Assembly (NCBI RefSeq): GCF_018381775.1
Contig: NZ_JAGZRH010000009.1
Coordinates: 22,518 to 86,517, forward strand
DNA: 64,000 nt
Reading direction: 5' to 3'
DNA from: Veillonella sp.
GTDB taxonomy: Bacteria; Bacillota; Negativicutes; Veillonellales; Veillonellaceae
The notes below the pieces were generated by a model, which was not told where the DNA came from, made no database searches, and was given only the letters and a program-made list of their open reading frames with translations. Position numbers and translations under genes: made by a program. Below, one piece after another: positions 60,667 through 64,000 of the stretch; position 1 is the stretch's first letter; each line of letters begins with the position of its first letter.

Positions 60667-61051
60667 AATTAACCCCCTAAAAATAAAATCTGGTTATGGG
60701 AAGTGACCTATACTAAATGAGAATAGTTATTACTATAACGCAATTAGCTATTACTTTATGTAAAGCATGGATAGCAATATTGGCAAAGCGACAGTCACTG
60801 TATGTGTTGCGTTGATAGGGCCCAGCACGTTATAATGTGCATATAGGGCTATATCAAGTTATGATATTAGGAATTATGGTTGTGCCCAATACAAAAGTAT
60901 GTTCACACATAATGCCATATTATATATAACATATATATTATTGCATTATTTTTTCATGTGCGCAAGTTTGTAATGGTTGTTATTCCTAAACATAATGATA
61001 GATTAAGCAAGTGTTCTATTTTTGCTAAATGCTTAAGGAGGCAATAATCAC

Positions 61052-64000
61052 ATGAGTCGTAAATTTAAAACTATGGACGGCAACCAAGCGGCTGCTCACG
61101 TTTCTTATGGTTTTACAGAAGTTGCTGCGATTTACCCAATCACTCCATCTTCCCCAATGCCAGAACACATTGACGAATGGGCTGCGTCTGGTCGTAAAAA
61201 CATCTTCGGCAACACTGTTCAAGTTGTAGAAATGCAATCTGAAGCAGGTGCTGCTGCCGCAACTCACGGTTCTTTACAAGCTGGTGCATTAACAACAACT
61301 TTCACATCTTCCCAAGGTTTGTTATTGATGCTTCCTAACTTATACAAAGTAGCAGGCGAATTACTTCCAGGTGTATTCCAAGTAGCTGCTCGTGCATTGG
61401 CTGCACACGCTTTGGCTATCTTCGGTGACCATCAAGACGTAATGGCTGCTCGTGCAGCTGGCTGCGCTATGCTTGCTGAATCCTCCGTACAAGAAGTAAT
61501 GGACTTGTCCGCTGTAGCTCACTTGACAGCTATTAAAACTCGTGTACCATTCATCAACTTCTTCGACGGTTTCCGTACATCCCATGAAATTCAAAAAATT
61601 GAAATCTGGGACTATGAAGATTTGAAACCATTAGTAGATATGGACGCTGTTAAAGCTTTCCGTAAAAATGCTTTGAACCCAGATGCTCCTGTAACTCGTG
61701 GTACTGCAGAAAACCCTGACGTTTACTTCCAACATCGCGAAGCATCCAACAAATTCTACTTGAACGTTCCTGACGTTGTAGAACATTACATGAACGAAGT
61801 TAACAAATTGGCTGGTACTAACTACCAATTGTTCAACTACCATGGTGCTCCTGATGCAACTGACGTAATCGTAACTATGGGTTCCTCCGCTCAAGTAGTT
61901 CAATCCACTGTTGACTACTTAAACAAATTGGGCCGTAAAGTTGGTTTCATCAACGTTCACTTGTTCCGTCCATTCGCAACAGATCGTTTGTTGAAAGCTC
62001 TTCCTCAAACAGTAGAACGCATTGCAGTTCTTGACCGTACTAAAGAACCAGGCGCTTTGGCTGAACCATTGTTCTTGGACGTACAAGCTGCTGTAATCGA
62101 CGGTGGCCGTAACGTAAAAGTTATCGCTGGTCGTTATGGTTTGAGCTCCAAAGACGTTATCCCTGCAGACATCGTATCTGTATTCGATAACTTGGCTGCT
62201 GAAAACGGCAAGAAATTCTTCACATTGGGTATCAATGATGATGTTACATTCTTGTCCTTAGATCGTGCTGAAGGCGTAGAAGTTGAAACTCCTGGTTTGA
62301 CTGAATGTAAATTCTGGGGCTTCGGTTCTGACGGTACTGTAGGTGCGAACAAATCCGCTATCAAAATCATCGGTGACCACACTGATATGTATGCTCAAGC
62401 ATACTTCGACTACGACTCCAAAAAATCTGGTGGCGTAACAATGTCTCACCTTCGTTTTGGTAAAAACCCAATCAACTTGCCATACTTGGTAACTGAACCT
62501 CAATTCGTAGCATGTCACCGTCAATCTTACGTACATGAATACGACTTGATCCGCGGTATCAAAAAAGGCGGTACATTCTTGTTGAACTGTACTTGGTCTC
62601 CTGAAGAATTGAACGAACATTTACCTGCTAAATTACGTCGTCAAATCGCAGAAAAAGAATTGAACTTCTACATCATCAACGCTGCGAAAATCGCTTCCGA
62701 AATCGGTTTGGGCGGCCGTATCAACATGGTAACTCAAGCTGCATTCTTCAAATTGACTGAAATCATCCCTGTAGATGACGCTGTTAAATACCTTAAAGAA
62801 TCCGTAGTAACTTCTTACGGTAAAAAAGGTCAAAATATCGTTGACATGAACAACGCTGCTATCGATCAAGGCGTTAACGCTTTGGTAAAAGTAGATGTTC
62901 CTGCTGACTGGAAAAACGCTGTTGATGAAGGCGGCCACGCAGTTAAACCTGGTTGCGAATCTTGCCCATCCTTCGTTCAAAACATTGCACAACCAATCAA
63001 TGCACAAGCTGGTTATGATCTTCCTGTATCCACATTCGCTGGTTACGAAGATGGTACATTACCTGCTGGTACTGCTAAATTCGAAAAACGCGGTCCTGCA
63101 TTGTTCGTTCCAAAATGGTTACCAGAAAACTGTATCCAATGTAACCAATGTTCCTTCGTATGTCCACATGCTACAATTCGTCCAATCTTGGCAACTGAAG
63201 CAGAAGTGGCTGCAGCTCCAGAACATTTCGATACAATCCCTGCATTGGGCGCTAAAGACCTTCAATTCCGTATCGCAGTATCCCCATTAGATTGCTTGGG
63301 TTGCGGTAACTGTGTTGATATCTGTCCAGCTCCTAAAGGCAAAGCTATCGTAATGACTTCCATCGATTCCGAAATCGAACAAGCTGAAGCATGGAACTAC
63401 GGTGTTAACCTTCCTGTAAAAGAAAACCCTATGAAGAAGGAAACTGTTAAAGGTTCCCAATTCGAACAACCATTGTTCGAGTTCTCCGGTGCTTGCGCAG
63501 GTTGTGGTGAAACTCCTTACGCTAAATTGTTAACTCAATTATTCGGCGACCGCATGATGATTGCCAATGCAACTGGTTGTTCCTCCATCTGGGGTGCTTC
63601 CATGCCTGCATCTCCATACACAACTAACCAACAAGGTCAAGGTCCTTCTTGGGCAAACTCCTTGTTCGAAGACAATGCTGAGTATGGTTATGGTATGTAC
63701 ATCGGCGTTAAGAAAATTCGTCAACAATTAGTAGAATTAGCTGCTAAAGCTGTAGAAACTGCTACAGGCGAATTGAAAGAAGCTTTGGAACAATGGATCG
63801 AATTCGCTAACCTTGGTGCAGCAACTCGTCAACGTTCCGAACGTTTAGTAGCAGCTATCGAAGCTGAAGGTGCTACAACTCCAGAATTGAAAGAAATTCT
63901 TGAGAAAAAACAATTCTTGATCAAACGTTCCCACTGGATCTTCGGTGGTGACGGCTGGGCATACGATATCGGCTTCGGCGGTGTTGACCATGTATTAGCT
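61052..64000 (+). CDS. nifJ: pyruvate:ferredoxin (flavodoxin) oxidoreductase, 3' partial (continues past the window end)
   Basis: MSRKFKTMDGNQAAAHVSY…, 2x[4Fe-4S] motifs CIQCNQCSFVCPH and CLGCGNCVDICP, and the TPP domain GGDGW. No stop codon before nt 64000. Confidence 0.95.
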   Translation, partial: MSRKFKTMDGNQAAAHVSYGFTEVAAIYPITPSSPMPEHIDEWAASGRKNIFGNTVQVVEMQSEAGAAAATHGSLQAGALTTTFTSSQGLLLMLPNLYKVAGELLPGVFQVAARALAAHALAIFGDHQDVMAARAAGCAMLAESSVQEVMDLSAVAHLTAIKTRVPFINFFDGFRTSHEIQKIEIWDYEDLKPLVDMDAVKAFRKNALNPDAPVTRGTAENPDVYFQHREASNKFYLNVPDVVEHYMNEVNKLAGTNYQLFNYHGAPDATDVIVTMGSSAQVVQSTVDYLNKLGRKVGFINVHLFRPFATDRLLKALPQTVERIAVLDRTKEPGALAEPLFLDVQAAVIDGGRNVKVIAGRYGLSSKDVIPADIVSVFDNLAAENGKKFFTLGINDDVTFLSLDRAEGVEVETPGLTECKFWGFGSDGTVGANKSAIKIIGDHTDMYAQAYFDYDSKKSGGVTMSHLRFGKNPINLPYLVTEPQFVACHRQSYVHEYDLIRGIKKGGTFLLNCTWSPEELNEHLPAKLRRQIAEKELNFYIINAAKIASEIGLGGRINMVTQAAFFKLTEIIPVDDAVKYLKESVVTSYGKKGQNIVDMNNAAIDQGVNALVKVDVPADWKNAVDEGGHAVKPGCESCPSFVQNIAQPINAQAGYDLPVSTFAGYEDGTLPAGTAKFEKRGPALFVPKWLPENCIQCNQCSFVCPHATIRPILATEAEVAAAPEHFDTIPALGAKDLQFRIAVSPLDCLGCGNCVDICPAPKGKAIVMTSIDSEIEQAEAWNYGVNLPVKENPMKKETVKGSQFEQPLFEFSGACAGCGETPYAKLLTQLFGDRMMIANATGCSSIWGASMPASPYTTNQQGQGPSWANSLFEDNAEYGYGMYIGVKKIRQQLVELAAKAVETATGELKEALEQWIEFANLGAATRQRSERLVAAIEAEGATTPELKEILEKKQFLIKRSHWIFGGDGWAYDIGFGGVDHVLA

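Overview
This is a 64-kb chromosomal window from a low-GC Firmicute. I infer a Negativicutes (Veillonella/Sporomusa-like) genome from gene content; no search was run. Supporting genes are pyruvate:ferredoxin oxidoreductase, citrate lyase citDEF with a DASS transporter, a tandem CobT/CobT-paralog (ArsAB-like) pair and an anaerobic hem/cobA cluster. Almost all genes are on the + strand and are housekeeping. In order they are: a 5'-partial hypothetical gene, LemA, a MATE efflux pump, tyrA, cobT plus a CobT paralog, and a 9-tRNA array (Gly-Asn-Lys-Glu-Val then Gly-Asn-Glu-Val). Next come YnfA(-), LysR(-), rpsD, rplM-rpsI, an osmoprotectant ABC permease-SBP fusion, a crotonase, pgl, tatA, an HMA protein, a cupin and a DASS transporter. 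The ilv operon follows, ilvD-ilvA-ilvB-ilvN-(ABC ATPase)-ilvC, preceded by a candidate Ile/Leu/Val-rich leader peptide and attenuator. After it are a DUF3290/DUF421-like pair, a radical-SAM protein, a ylm-type cell-division cluster (pgeF-yggS-sepF-proC-ylmH) and the tetrapyrrole cluster sirC-hemA-hemC-cobA/hemD-hemB-hemL. A low-GC island of uncharacterised small membrane proteins (about 38.8-42.7 kb) sits behind an XRE regulator, and a synonymous triplication of the hemL 3' end lies at its boundary. The rest is a YgjP-like hydrolase, dnaE, pyk, a BI-1 family protein, LysR, citT-citDEF, a hypothetical/cupin/MFS/secreted-protein group, a LysR(-) translationally coupled to a membrane protein, and 3'-partial PFOR. 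I found no rRNA, CRISPR, transposase or integrase. All coordinates come from manual reading plus the ORF track; no database search was possible.
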